Below are positions 1-12,933 of a stretch of DNA of 29,570 nucleotides, piece after piece. A program made the translations under genes and the position numbers. Position 1 is the first letter of the stretch. Every line of letters starts with the position of its first letter. Source of the DNA: a virus (lineage: Duplodnaviria > Heunggongvirae > Uroviricota > Caudoviricetes); IMG/VR virus record IMGVR_UViG_2778261297_000001, one strand, 5' to 3'. The notes beneath the pieces were generated by a model. It searched no databases. It worked only from the letters and a program-made list of their open reading frames with translations, and had not been told where the DNA came from.

Positions 1-339
1 GCGCGAGGTTACCGACTGCGGCCTGAGTTTTTTAAGTGACGTAAAATCGTGTTGAGGCCAACGCCCATAATGCGGGCTGTTGCCCGGCATCCAACGCCAT
101 TCATGGCCATATCAATGATTTTCTGGTGCGTACCGGGTTGAGAAGCGGTGTAAGTGAACTGCAGTTGCCATGTTTTACGGCAGTGAGAGCAGAGATAGCG
201 CTGATGTCCGGCGGTGCTTTTGCCGTTACGCACCACCCCGTCAGTAGCTGAACAGGAGGGACAGCTGATAGAAACAGAAGCCACTGGAGCACCTCAAAAA
301 CACCATCATACACTAAATCAGTAAGTTGGCAGCATCACC
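1..339 (-). mobile_element. IS1: IS1 insertion sequence, partial (IRL-proximal 339 bp; truncated by window edge)
   Basis: IS1 terminal sequence GGTGATGCTGCCAACTTACTGAT read on minus strand ending at 339; contains insA; exact reverse complement of 29232-29570. Confidence 0.95.
9..284 (-). CDS. insA: IS1 InsA protein (91 aa)
   Basis: ORF translation [43 protein letters not shown]... matches IS1 InsA from memory; zinc-finger CxxC motifs. Confidence 0.95.
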
Positions 340-460
340 CAATTCTTGGGGCCAGGTTATTACGATCATAAACAGGGAGTGTCGCTTTTGCTGATAACAA
401 ATTATTTCCCATAACAATTCCTTAAATATAAATATGGCAAGCTATATGTTTTGTTATATG

Positions 461-493
461 AATAAAAATCCCCTCTCCGGTAAGAGAAGGGAT
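461..493 (-). terminator. Candidate rho-independent terminator downstream of ydfJ'
   Basis: Near-perfect inverted repeat (one mismatch) ATCCCTTCTC..GAGAGGGGAT on minus strand followed by T-run, just 3' of the ydfJ' stop at 501. Confidence 0.45.
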
Positions 494-500
494 TAAGGGT

Positions 501-1784
501 TTACAGACTTCTGGAAGGTTGCGCAGCTCTTACAACACGCGGTTGATCTTCCGCAGCGTCTTCCAGCGCACTTAAATCACGGTCTTTCACCTCTGGCATT
601 TTCAGCGCAGAGATTAAACCAATCACTGAATATGCCATGATCATAATGGCGATCGGATACCAGGATTCCGTCATGGTGCAGAAAATACCCGCCAGGATAG
701 GACCAAAACCGGAAGCGATAAGACCACCAATTTCTTTAGAAATAGCCATCCGGGTAAAGCGGTTTTTACAGCCGAACATTTCTGCCATGGTAATGTTTTC
801 CAGAGCAAATAATCCCAGCACCGCACAGTTATGAATCACAATCAGTGCAACCATAATGGTGCTCGGGGCATAGCTTTTATCTACAATGATAGAAAGCATT
901 GGCCATGCCAGCACAATCGCGGAGGTATTCATAATAATATACGGGATCCGGCGACCAATTTTATCGGATAACCAACCAAGGAACGGAATGGTCATAAAGC
1001 CGAGAATCGAACTGATCATCAATGCATCTGTTGGAATTGCTTTGTTAAACAATAACGTCTGCACTAAATAGCCTGCAAGGAAAGTCTGAATTAACCCGGA
1101 GTTACCCGCCTGACCAAAACGCAGCCCTGTTGCCAGCCAGAAGGATTTGCTCTGGAACATGCTACCAGCAGGTGCAGGTTTTGCTGTCGGTTGGTTACTG
1201 TCGTTAACCTTCTCAAAGACCGGGCTTTCTTTCAGATTCATACGCAACCAGATAGCAAAGACCATCACGACAACGCTCGCCAGGAACGGTATACGCCATC
1301 CCCACGCCAGCAGTTCCTCTTTACTGAGAATGAAGAACATAAAGGCCCAGATTGCCGTTGCGCTCAAGGTTCCGCAGTTAGTTCCCATAGCCACAAATGA
1401 GGAGATAATTCCGCGCTTACCTTTTGGCGCATATTCCGCCAGCATCGTACCGGCACCGGAAATTTCCGCACCTGCACCCAACCCCTGAATAATACGCAAC
1501 GTCACCAGCAAGATGGGTGCAAAAACACCAATCTGTGCATAGGTCGGTAACACACCAATTAAGGTGGTACAGATCCCCATCATGGTGATGGTAATAAAGA
1601 GCACTTTTTTACGCCCCATTCTGTCGCCCATTTTGCCGAAAATAAATGCTCCGACAATACGCGCCACATAACCTGCACCGTAGGTTCCCATTGCCAGAAT
1701 TAACGCCATTGCCGTTGATGATTCAGGAAAAAATATTTCATGAAACACTAACGCTGCGCCGAGCGAATATAACTGGAAATCCAT
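501..1784 (-). CDS. ydfJ: MFS transporter YdfJ, 3' portion (427 aa) separated from its first ~28 codons by the prophage insertion
   Basis: 427-aa ORF with multiple hydrophobic helices and MFS-like motifs (GRKKVL..); the N-terminal 31 codons of the same reading frame are found at 25215-25325 on the far side of the prophage. Confidence 0.85.
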   Translation of the reverse strand: MDFQLYSLGAALVFHEIFFPESSTAMALILAMGTYGAGYVARIVGAFIFGKMGDRMGRKKVLFITITMMGICTTLIGVLPTYAQIGVFAPILLVTLRIIQGLGAGAEISGAGTMLAEYAPKGKRGIISSFVAMGTNCGTLSATAIWAFMFFILSKEELLAWGWRIPFLASVVVMVFAIWLRMNLKESPVFEKVNDSNQPTAKPAPAGSMFQSKSFWLATGLRFGQAGNSGLIQTFLAGYLVQTLLFNKAIPTDALMISSILGFMTIPFLGWLSDKIGRRIPYIIMNTSAIVLAWPMLSIIVDKSYAPSTIMVALIVIHNCAVLGLFALENITMAEMFGCKNRFTRMAISKEIGGLIASGFGPILAGIFCTMTESWYPIAIMIMAYSVIGLISALKMPEVKDRDLSALEDAAEDQPRVVRAAQPSRSL

Positions 1785-1786
1785 AA
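1776..1786. repeat. Prophage attachment core (att, tail-fiber end), GAAATCCATAA
   Basis: Same 11-bp sequence at 25233-25243; the two copies sit at the two halves of the split ydfJ reading frame (codons ..EFMDF..). Confidence 0.5.
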
Positions 1787-2190
1787 TTCACAGGTGTTTT
1801 TTCCCATCCTGTGGTTTCCTTGGCGTTTTCTAGGTTTTTTCAGATAGTTGCATTTTTTAAAAAGCATCCTAAGTTCGATCTCAGTGTCTATCTGGGGCCT
1901 ATTTCTGTCCCATATATGCCCCAAAAAAAACTCCCCAACAGATAAGTAGTTTTTTCATGGATTTATGCGTAAAATCAAGAACGGCTGGAAATCATTCAAT
2001 ACTCACACTATCGAAAAATTTACCAGCCAACCGCAGCACGTTCTTGCATAAGGCGTGTCTGCGGTTTTTCAACTATTCAGATACATCACTCCCATCACAT
2101 TCATTCCTCCGCATCAAAGGCATATAGGCTATATCACCTTGATATTTTTATTTTTCAGATAAAAACTGTTATCTATGTATACTTTTAAAC

Positions 2191-2209
2191 CCAATCCGTG
2201 TAGAGTCTC
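2191..2209 (+). repeat. Direct near-repeat copy 1 (CCAATCCGTGTAGAGTCTC), similar to sequence abutting pinQ start
   Basis: 17 of 20 positions identical to 3098-3117; function unknown. Confidence 0.4.
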
Positions 2210-2570
2210 TGCATAAGATAGTTTGCAGTTGCCGCTTCAGCTTGCGCCATAAACCGCCTGATTTTTGCTGCCACCTGTTAGCATTCCTGTATACCTGAAA
2301 CGACAATGTTTATCTACGAACTTTAAGAACACCCAAGATAAAAATTGTCAACTATATCATATATAACACATTACTAATTCGAGGCTATATGAACAGCATA
2401 CTGATAATCACATCTCTCCTTATCATATTCAGCATTTTTAGTCATGCCCTAATAAAATTAGGGATTGGCATATCCAATAACCCAGACAAAACCGATGTAT
2501 AAGTCAACATATCCTGAATCAGACATACAATATCGCAATGAAAATCAATAATATTTTAAGGAATATCTTC

Positions 2571-2804
2571 ATGAAATCAAAAGACACCCTAAAGTGGTTC
2601 CCTGCGCAGCTTCCTGAAGTAAGAATTATCCTAGGGGATGCTGTAGTGGAAGTAGCAAAACAGGGAAGACCTATCAATACCAGAACATTGCTTGATTACA
2701 TTGAAGGAAACATAAAGAAAAAATCATGGCTGGATAACAAAGAATTATTACAAACAGCGATATCAGTTCTTAAAGACAACCAAAATTTAAATGGTAAAAT
2801 GTAA
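2571..2804 (+). CDS. ydfK: Cold-shock-induced small protein YdfK (77 aa)
   Basis: Translation MKSKDTLKWFPAQLPEVRIILGDAVVEVAKQGRPINT... recalled as YdfK/YnaE family; AAGGA RBS 9 nt upstream of the internal ATG at 2571. Confidence 0.8.
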   Translation: MKSKDTLKWFPAQLPEVRIILGDAVVEVAKQGRPINTRTLLDYIEGNIKKKSWLDNKELLQTAISVLKDNQNLNGKM

Positions 2805-3097
2805 TATAATAAACTTACTTTTTTATCATTTTTCCACTTTAACAACATTTTGCTCCACTTTTCCACGACCAAACAACTTGAAATCTGGTTAAAATAACAC
2901 GCAACACTATTCTTCTTCCTTGAGTCCGCCCGGAACTCGAAAAACAAACCGAGTTAAAGCCATTTTTCACAAAATCGATTTTGGGTCTCACCAAAATTAC
3001 GGGGTTGCATACGCATTCGTTTATTTTCGAACGTGTACATACAAATATGCACAAAAATAATCAAAATTATTTTCTGAGATGCATTATGATATGAACA

Positions 3098-3117
3098 CCA
3101 ATTTCGTATAGAGTCTC
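3098..3117 (+). repeat. Direct near-repeat copy 2 (CCAATTTCGTATAGAGTCTC) immediately upstream of pinQ ATG
   Basis: 17 of 20 identical to 2191-2209; ends 3 nt before pinQ start codon. Confidence 0.4.
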
Positions 3118-3120
3118 ACT

Positions 3121-3711
3121 ATGTCTCGAATTTTTGCTTACTGTCGGATATCAACGCTGGATCAGACCACCGAAAATCAACGCCGGGAAATCGAAAGTGC
3201 AGGTTTTAAAATCAAACCTCAGCAAATAATCGAAGAACACATTAGCGGCTCAGCAGCAACCAGTGAGCGTCCTGGTTTTAACCGGTTGCTTGCTCGCCTG
3301 AAATGTGGTGATCAATTGATTGTGACAAAACTGGATCGCCTTGGTTGTAATGCAATGGATATCAGGAAAACAGTGGAACAACTGACCGAAACAGGTATCA
3401 GAGTGCATTGCTTAGCATTGGGGGGCATTGACCTGACCAGTCCAACAGGAAAAATGATGATGCAAGTAATTTCAGCAGTCGCTGAATTTGAACGAGACCT
3501 TTTACTTGAACGCACTCATTCCGGGATAGTAAGAGCCCGGGGCGCAGGGAAACGTTTTGGTCGACCACCTGTGTTAAATGAAGAACAGAAACAGGTGGTA
3601 TTCGAACGAATTAAGTCAGGTGTAAGTATAAGTGCCATTGCCCGGGAATTCAAAACCTCGCGGCAAACCATTTTAAGAGCCAAAGCAAAACTTCAGACAC
3701 CTGACATATAA
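3121..3711 (+). CDS. pinQ: Serine recombinase / DNA invertase PinQ (196 aa)
   Basis: Resolvase-invertase family features: N-terminal catalytic serine context [10 protein letters not shown]-terminal HTH; recalled as Qin/Rac Pin protein. Confidence 0.85.
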
Positions 3712-3808
3712 AAAATAATCTCGGTGTGAGATGCTTTACGTCTTCCAAGCCACCTTCCTTGCCGTAAATGGAAAGATACATCTAATTATAGAATTTATAT
3801 GTTTTACC

Positions 3809-6798
<2,990 letters not shown>

Positions 6799-6824
<26 letters not shown>

Positions 6825-7344
6825 TCAGCAACCCCGGTATCAGTTCATCCAGCGCGGCTGCTTTGTTCATGGCTTTGATGATATCCCGTTTCAGGAAATC
6901 AACATGTCGGTTTTCCAGTTCCGGAAAACGCCGCTGCACCGACAGGGGGATCCCGTCGAGAATACTGGCAATTTCACCTGCGATCCGCGACAGCACGAAA
7001 GTACAGAATGCGGTTTCCACCACTTCAGCGGAGTCTCTGGCATTTTTCAGCTCCTGTGCGTCGGCCTGCGCACGCGTAAGTCGATGGCGTTCGTACTCAA
7101 TAGTCCCTGGCTGGAGATCTGTCTCGCTGGCCTGCCGCAGTTCTTCAACTTCCCGGCGCAGCTTTTCGTTCTCAATTTCAGCATCCCTTTCGGCATACCA
7201 TCTTATAACGGCGGCAGAGTCATAAAGCACCTCATTACCCTTGCCACCGCCTCGCAGAACGGGCATTCCCTGTTCCTGCCAGTTCTGAATGGTACGGATA
7301 CTCGCACCGAAAATGTCAGCCAGCTGCTTTTTGTTGACTTCCAT
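6799..7344 (-). CDS. nu1: Terminase small subunit Nu1 (181 aa)
   Basis: Translation MEVNKKQLADIFGASIRTIQNWQEQGMPVLRGGGKGNEVLYDSAAV.. matches lambda Nu1; winged-HTH N-terminus. Confidence 0.9.
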
Positions 7345-7439
7345 TGTTCATTCCACGGCCAAAAACAGAGAAAGGAAACGACAGAGGCCCAAAAGCTCGT
7401 TTTCAGCACCTGTCGTTTCCTTTCTTTTCAGGGGGTATT

Positions 7440-7610
7440 TTAAATAAAAACATTAAGTTACGACGAAGAAGAACGGAAATGCCTTAAACCGGAAAATTTT
7501 CATAAATAGCGAAAACCCGCGAGGTCGCCGCCCCGTAACCTGTCGGATCGCCGGAAAGGACCCGCAAAATGATAATAATTATCATCTGCATGTCACAACG
7601 TGCATCTACG
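7440..7610 (-). other. cos: Lambda-type cos site (cosQ-cosN-cosB); cosN 12-nt cohesive end at 7522-7533
   Basis: Minus-strand sequence GGGCGGCGACCTCGCGGGTTTTCGCTATTTATGAAAATTTTCCGGTTTAAGGC.. recalled as lambda left end; flanking ..GATCCGACAGGTTACG recalled as lambda right end (cosQ side). Confidence 0.85.
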
Positions 7611-7732
7611 CAATCAAACCACGTCAAATAATCAATTATGACGCAGATATCGTATTAATTGATCTGCATCAACTTAACGTAAAAACAACTTCAGACAATA
7701 CAAATCAGCGACACTGAATACGGGACAACCTC

Positions 7733-7966
7733 ATGTCAACGAAAAACAGAACCCGCAGAACAACAACCCGCAACATCCGCTTTCCTAACCAAATGATTGA
7801 ACAAATTAACATCGCTCTTGAGCAAAAAGGGTCCGGGAATTTCTCAGCCTGGGTCATTGAAGCCTGCCGCCGGAGACTGTGCTCAGAAAAAAGAGTTTCT
7901 TCTGAAGCAAACAAAGAAAAGAGTGACATTACTGAATTGCTCAGAAAACAGGTCAGACCAGATTGA
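7733..7966 (+). CDS. ynfO: Small prophage protein YnfO-like (77 aa), function unknown
   Basis: 77-aa ORF MSTKNRTRRTTTRNIRFPNQMIEQINIALEQKGSGNFSAW..; position and length match Qin ynfO from memory. Confidence 0.6.
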   Translation: MSTKNRTRRTTTRNIRFPNQMIEQINIALEQKGSGNFSAWVIEACRRRLCSEKRVSSEANKEKSDITELLRKQVRPD

Positions 7967-8023
7967 AGCAATTTAGATAATCGTGCAGACTACGCCCCCT
8001 CATATCACATGGAAGGTTTATCT

Positions 8024-8434
8024 ATGGATCAGGTAGTCATTTTTAAACAAATATTTGATAAAGTTCGAAACGATTTAAACTATCAATGGTTTTATTCTGA
8101 GCTAAAACGTCACAATGTCTCACATTACATTTACTATTTAGCCACAGAGAATGTTCATATTGTATTAAAAAATGATAATACAGTGTTATTAAAGGGCCTA
8201 AAAAACATTGTGTCTGTCAAATTTTCAAAGGATAGGCATCTTATAGAAACGACCTCTAATAAGCTGAAATCCAGAGAGATCACATTTCAGGAATACAGAA
8301 GAAACCTTGCTAAAGCAGGAGTTTTTCGGTGGGTTACAAATATCCACGAACAAAAAAGATATTACTATACCTTTGATAATTCATTACTATTTACTGAAAG
8401 CATCCAGAAAACTACACAGATCTTACCACGCTAA
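8024..8434 (+). CDS. ydfO: YdfO (DUF1398 family, 136 aa), function unknown
   Basis: [34 protein letters not shown].. recalled as YdfO; AT-rich moron-like composition. Confidence 0.7.
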
Positions 8435-8585
8435 ACCATAACGTCCGGCTTCTCTCACTCCTGAGCCGGACTGCATTGGTTTAATAAAAACCATCAACAA
8501 TTGTGATTTAGATATTCGGAACCATTCAAATATAACAAAACCCCGTAAAAACGAGGTTTATGGATAAATTTTATTATTGAATACA

Positions 8586-8759
8586 TCAGATTAAATTAAT
8601 CTTGACATCATAGCTTTCAAGACCCGTCATTTTTTCCCGTGCGGTAAACTGAATACTGGTAACTTCTTTCCCGGTCTTTTTCTTAAGTTCAATAATTTTT
8701 TTTGTTATATATTCAGAAATATCTGCTTCTGCTTTTGTTTTTAAGTTTTCAATATTCAT
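8586..8759 (-). CDS. gnsB: GnsB-like small protein (57 aa)
   Basis: Manual minus-strand translation MNIENLKTKAEADISEYITKKIIELKKKTGKEVTSIQFTAREKMTGLESYDVKINLI; below the 60-aa ORF track threshold; Gns family. Confidence 0.7.
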   Translation of the reverse strand: MNIENLKTKAEADISEYITKKIIELKKKTGKEVTSIQFTAREKMTGLESYDVKINLI

Positions 8760-8930
8760 CATTTCCTCTTTTAGTCTGTTATGACTTTCCAGTTACACAG
8801 TAAGTCGATTATATGGTGCAAACGTGTAAAAGATAAGATGAAACATCGCAATAATCAACATACGATAGTCTAAATTTTACACAAACAGACAAAGAGAATT
8901 TTCCTGAATTATCAATGCAATAGCATCAAA

Positions 8931-9086
8931 TCAACTCAAGAGCCTTATTGCTGCTTCCAGAATTTCTTCTGAAGTAACATGTCGATCCGCGGCTACATAA
9001 ATGACTTTATGATCTCCGGTCAGAGATGGAAACCCTGCGGCCATTACAGTAAGGTGTGTTTTTTCGCCATTTGGATATTCACGCAT
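8931..9086 (-). CDS. ynfN: Small cold-shock-associated protein YnfN-like (51 aa)
   Basis: ORF ..MREYPNGEKTHLTVMAAGFPSLTGDHKVIYVAADRHVTSEEILEAAIRLLS; start choice among three in-frame Met is uncertain. Confidence 0.55.
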   Translation of the reverse strand: MREYPNGEKTHLTVMAAGFPSLTGDHKVIYVAADRHVTSEEILEAAIRLLS

Positions 9087-9431
9087 GATGGTGTTAACTC
9101 CAGTCATCGCTGGCACTACCACTGCTGGTTCAGAGTTAAAAAAACTATGATTTTTTTCATGATGTTACCGTAGTATGTGAGTATCCATCGAATAGACACC
9201 AAGCAAAAAAGCTCCCGAAGGAGCCTTCATTTTCACTTTTTTAAATCCAACGACAGACGGCTGGCATTTAAGTATTGTGAAATATTATCAAATGTAATCA
9301 TCATTGATTTACAAAAGATACATTTTGCCCCGAAAGGATTCATGTCAGAAACATCAAAAGATGATGTTCTATACTGGGAACCATGACAACACGGGCATCT
9401 AAAGTGAATATGGTTTGTAATATTGTCTACC

Positions 9432-9644
9432 TCAAAGCGCCACTACATGAACAGCGGCAGGACCTTTAGGTCCGTTCTCAATACCAAATTCAACTTCCTG
9501 ATTCTCAGTTAATGTTTTGAAATCGTTGCTCTGAATTGCTGAGAAATGGACAAACACATCTTTGCTGCCATCTTTCGGCGTGATGAAACCAAAACCTTTT
9601 TCAGGGTTAAACCATTTCACTAAACCAGTCATTTTGTTAGACAT
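9432..9644 (-). CDS. cspI: Cold shock protein CspI (70 aa)
   Basis: CspA-family cold shock domain with RNP motifs KGFGFI and VFVHF; sequence recalled as CspI. Confidence 0.9.
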   Translation of the reverse strand: MSNKMTGLVKWFNPEKGFGFITPKDGSKDVFVHFSAIQSNDFKTLTENQEVEFGIENGPKGPAAVHVVAL

Positions 9645-10005
9645 AATTATTACCTTTTGAAGAAATTAGCCCTTGGGCAGAATGGTCCGAAAAAAATATC
9701 AGAGAGAAAAACCAACAAGGAAATCTCAAGAGGTACAAATAATAAAATTATAACAATGACTGCTTCAGATAAATTTGTAACAAACCAGAACACCATTAAC
9801 GCATGATTAACCACCCATAGCAAGGATTACTTTTGTAAAGAAAAACACAGCAATGAAAGAATAGCTTTATTTATTAATAAAACGTGTCATTCTGATTAAG
9901 ACCTTTTATCTTACCCTTAAGATTTCAGGAATTTTGGCTCATGGAAGAGTCCTTTTTATTTAAATTTTACATTCCGCGATGTAAATGTTCCGATTTAATA
10001 TTACC

Positions 10006-11033
<1,028 letters not shown>

Positions 11034-11088
11034 GGATATTTATCAGGATGCTACCAATGAAAGATACTGGAAAGCCAACTGCAAAAAG

Positions 11089-11403
11089 CTAACAACCCGT
11101 AATCGAGTTATCTGAACTGTTAATTTTTATGGTATACCGAGCCTCTGAACAGGGTCGCGTTTCTGGCAACAGCTCGTCCCCTTCACATAACCCGGCAGCA
11201 ACATCCAGGAAGACCTGTCTGATGCTCCTTCTGGCTGCTGCCTCATAAAACTCCAGCGCGGCACCTTCAACACGGTCCAGCGAGATGTCCAGGTCAAAAA
11301 TTTCACCGTCAAAGCGTTCTTTGTCCCGTAACGCTAAAGTTACCGTAACTTTATTCTCAAAATTGCGGATCCCTTTCACAATCAGTTCATATTTTTGAGT
11401 CAT
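11089..11403 (-). CDS. ydfR: YdfR-like protein (104 aa), function unknown, between holin and endolysin
   Basis: ORF MTQKYELIVKGIRNFENKVTVTLALRDKERFDGEIFDLD..; position inside lysis cassette. Confidence 0.65.
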   Translation of the reverse strand: MTQKYELIVKGIRNFENKVTVTLALRDKERFDGEIFDLDISLDRVEGAALEFYEAAARRSIRQVFLDVAAGLCEGDELLPETRPCSEARYTIKINSSDNSITGC

Positions 11404-11407
11404 TGAA

Positions 11408-11623
11408 TTACTCTCCCCGTGCAGCCTTACGCTTGTCTTCTTTAATCTTGAAATAAAGGTTTGTCAGATACGTCAGCATGCCAAATACCAGACTACCCAA
11501 TACACCTATTGCCGCCCACTGTGAGGGCGTGACTTTATCGAGCAACTGTAAAAACCAGTAGCCAGCACTGCCTGCAGAGGTGCTGTAGGCGATGCCCGTT
11601 GTTAACTTATCCATGGATTTCAT
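11408..11623 (-). CDS. essQ: Class II holin (phage 21 S-like pinholin, 71 aa) with dual-start motif MKSM
   Basis: Translation [71 protein letters not shown]; two TM helices; matches S21 family from memory. Confidence 0.85.
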   Translation of the reverse strand: MKSMDKLTTGIAYSTSAGSAGYWFLQLLDKVTPSQWAAIGVLGSLVFGMLTYLTNLYFKIKEDKRKAARGE

Positions 11624-11813
11624 AGCCTCACCTCCGCAGATAACGGATGGTGTACACGGTTTGGTTCGAAGAAGGAAAGAAGTTACATTAGCGTAAGGCC
11701 CGAACATCTATTCAAAAAGAAAAACGCCAGCAATTATTCTGGCGTAGCTAAAAATATCGTATAATCTTACACTTCAAAAAATAACTTTATAAAATGCCAT
11801 CACATCATATCTT

Positions 11814-12536
11814 CTAAGAAAATCTTGATAAATATTGGTGCGGAGGCACACCAAAATATCCTCTAAAAACACTTACAAAATATGATGCATTGTCATACCC
11901 GCATATTCCCGCCACCTTGCCGACAGTATGGTTACTGTAGATCAATAATCTTTGCGCCATCATCATTCGTTCTTCAAGAATTAATTTACTAAACGATAAT
12001 CCTTCGTCTTTTAATTTTCTTTTTAACAAACTCTCGCTCATATATAATCTTGAAGATATATCACAAAGTCTCCATGACGCTGAGATATCCGAGTGAATAA
12101 TAGCCTTAACTTTACAACCTAAGCTATTAAGACTTCCGAACAAAAAACTTTGCACTATTTTCTCTGAAGATAAGACAGCAAGACATGCAAGTGATATTTG
12201 ATTTCTAACTACATCCACGGTTTTGCTATCACAATTCAAGCATGCAACCAAGTTCTTTAACAATGAAAAATCTTCACATTCTACTATCAAGTATGACGGA
12301 TAAAACCTTCTTACAGAAAAAGGTGAGAGTGTGTAGTTTTTAAAGAAATCATTAACTGTTTTCTCCTCAACATCTACGATCATTAGATGATCTGTATTTG
12401 ACGAAAAAAGATCTTTTAAATTGTATTCAATGAGAACAGCATTTCCTTTTTTAAACAAAATATCTTCTTTACCAATTCGGACACCAAACGAGTTCAACAC
12501 CAAAATGATAGAACATATGTATGGCATATTATCCAC
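11814..12536 (-). CDS. AraC/XylS-family transcriptional regulator (240 aa), prophage moron
   Basis: C-terminal AraC-type HTH signature (..GKVAGICGYDNASYFVSVFRGYFGVPPHQYL); AT-rich gene between late promoter and holin. Confidence 0.8.
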   Translation of the reverse strand: MDNMPYICSIILVLNSFGVRIGKEDILFKKGNAVLIEYNLKDLFSSNTDHLMIVDVEEKTVNDFFKNYTLSPFSVRRFYPSYLIVECEDFSLLKNLVACLNCDSKTVDVVRNQISLACLAVLSSEKIVQSFLFGSLNSLGCKVKAIIHSDISASWRLCDISSRLYMSESLLKRKLKDEGLSFSKLILEERMMMAQRLLIYSNHTVGKVAGICGYDNASYFVSVFRGYFGVPPHQYLSRFS

Positions 12537-12933
12537 CTGATATCATTGGGGTTACACCAGGTAAGTATAGGTGGAAAATCAATATTCGCCAGTTCAACAA
12601 TAAGGAAAATCTCATTGCATCACAACTATAAAACCATGTGTTTAACTCACAAAAAACAAATCATTAAACTAATCTGTTATATTATAATAGCTGCGTGCAA
12701 TAATAATATTATATGCTCTTAATATTCACTTGAAATATCTTCATATAAAAACAGATTGAATAAAATCTTTTGGGGCTGGTATGTTTACCAACATTAAATT
12801 GCATCTCAATGTTTTCTTTAGCGTGAACAGGATTTTTATAAAAACTGACACTATGAGCATCATAGCGTAGTTTTTACGATTGTAAATATCCTGCATACAG
12901 GAACTCATCACTTTCAGATGATATCGCATACAG

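Noticed and set aside
637-1488. Plus-strand ORFs inside ydfJ' (637-834, 886-1071, 1147-1488, 1191-1400)
   Set aside because: Antisense to a well-supported MFS transporter ORF; no features
2930-2960. Possible Gin/Hin-type crossover site (AAACCGAG core) upstream of pinQ
   Set aside because: Only a short core resembles gix/hix-type sites from memory; no matching inverted partner found; PinQ-type recombinase may not use such sites
9177-9386. 69-aa ORF between ynfN and cspI
   Set aside because: Lies in the AT-rich 3' region downstream of cspI on the opposite strand; no RBS or domain; likely spurious
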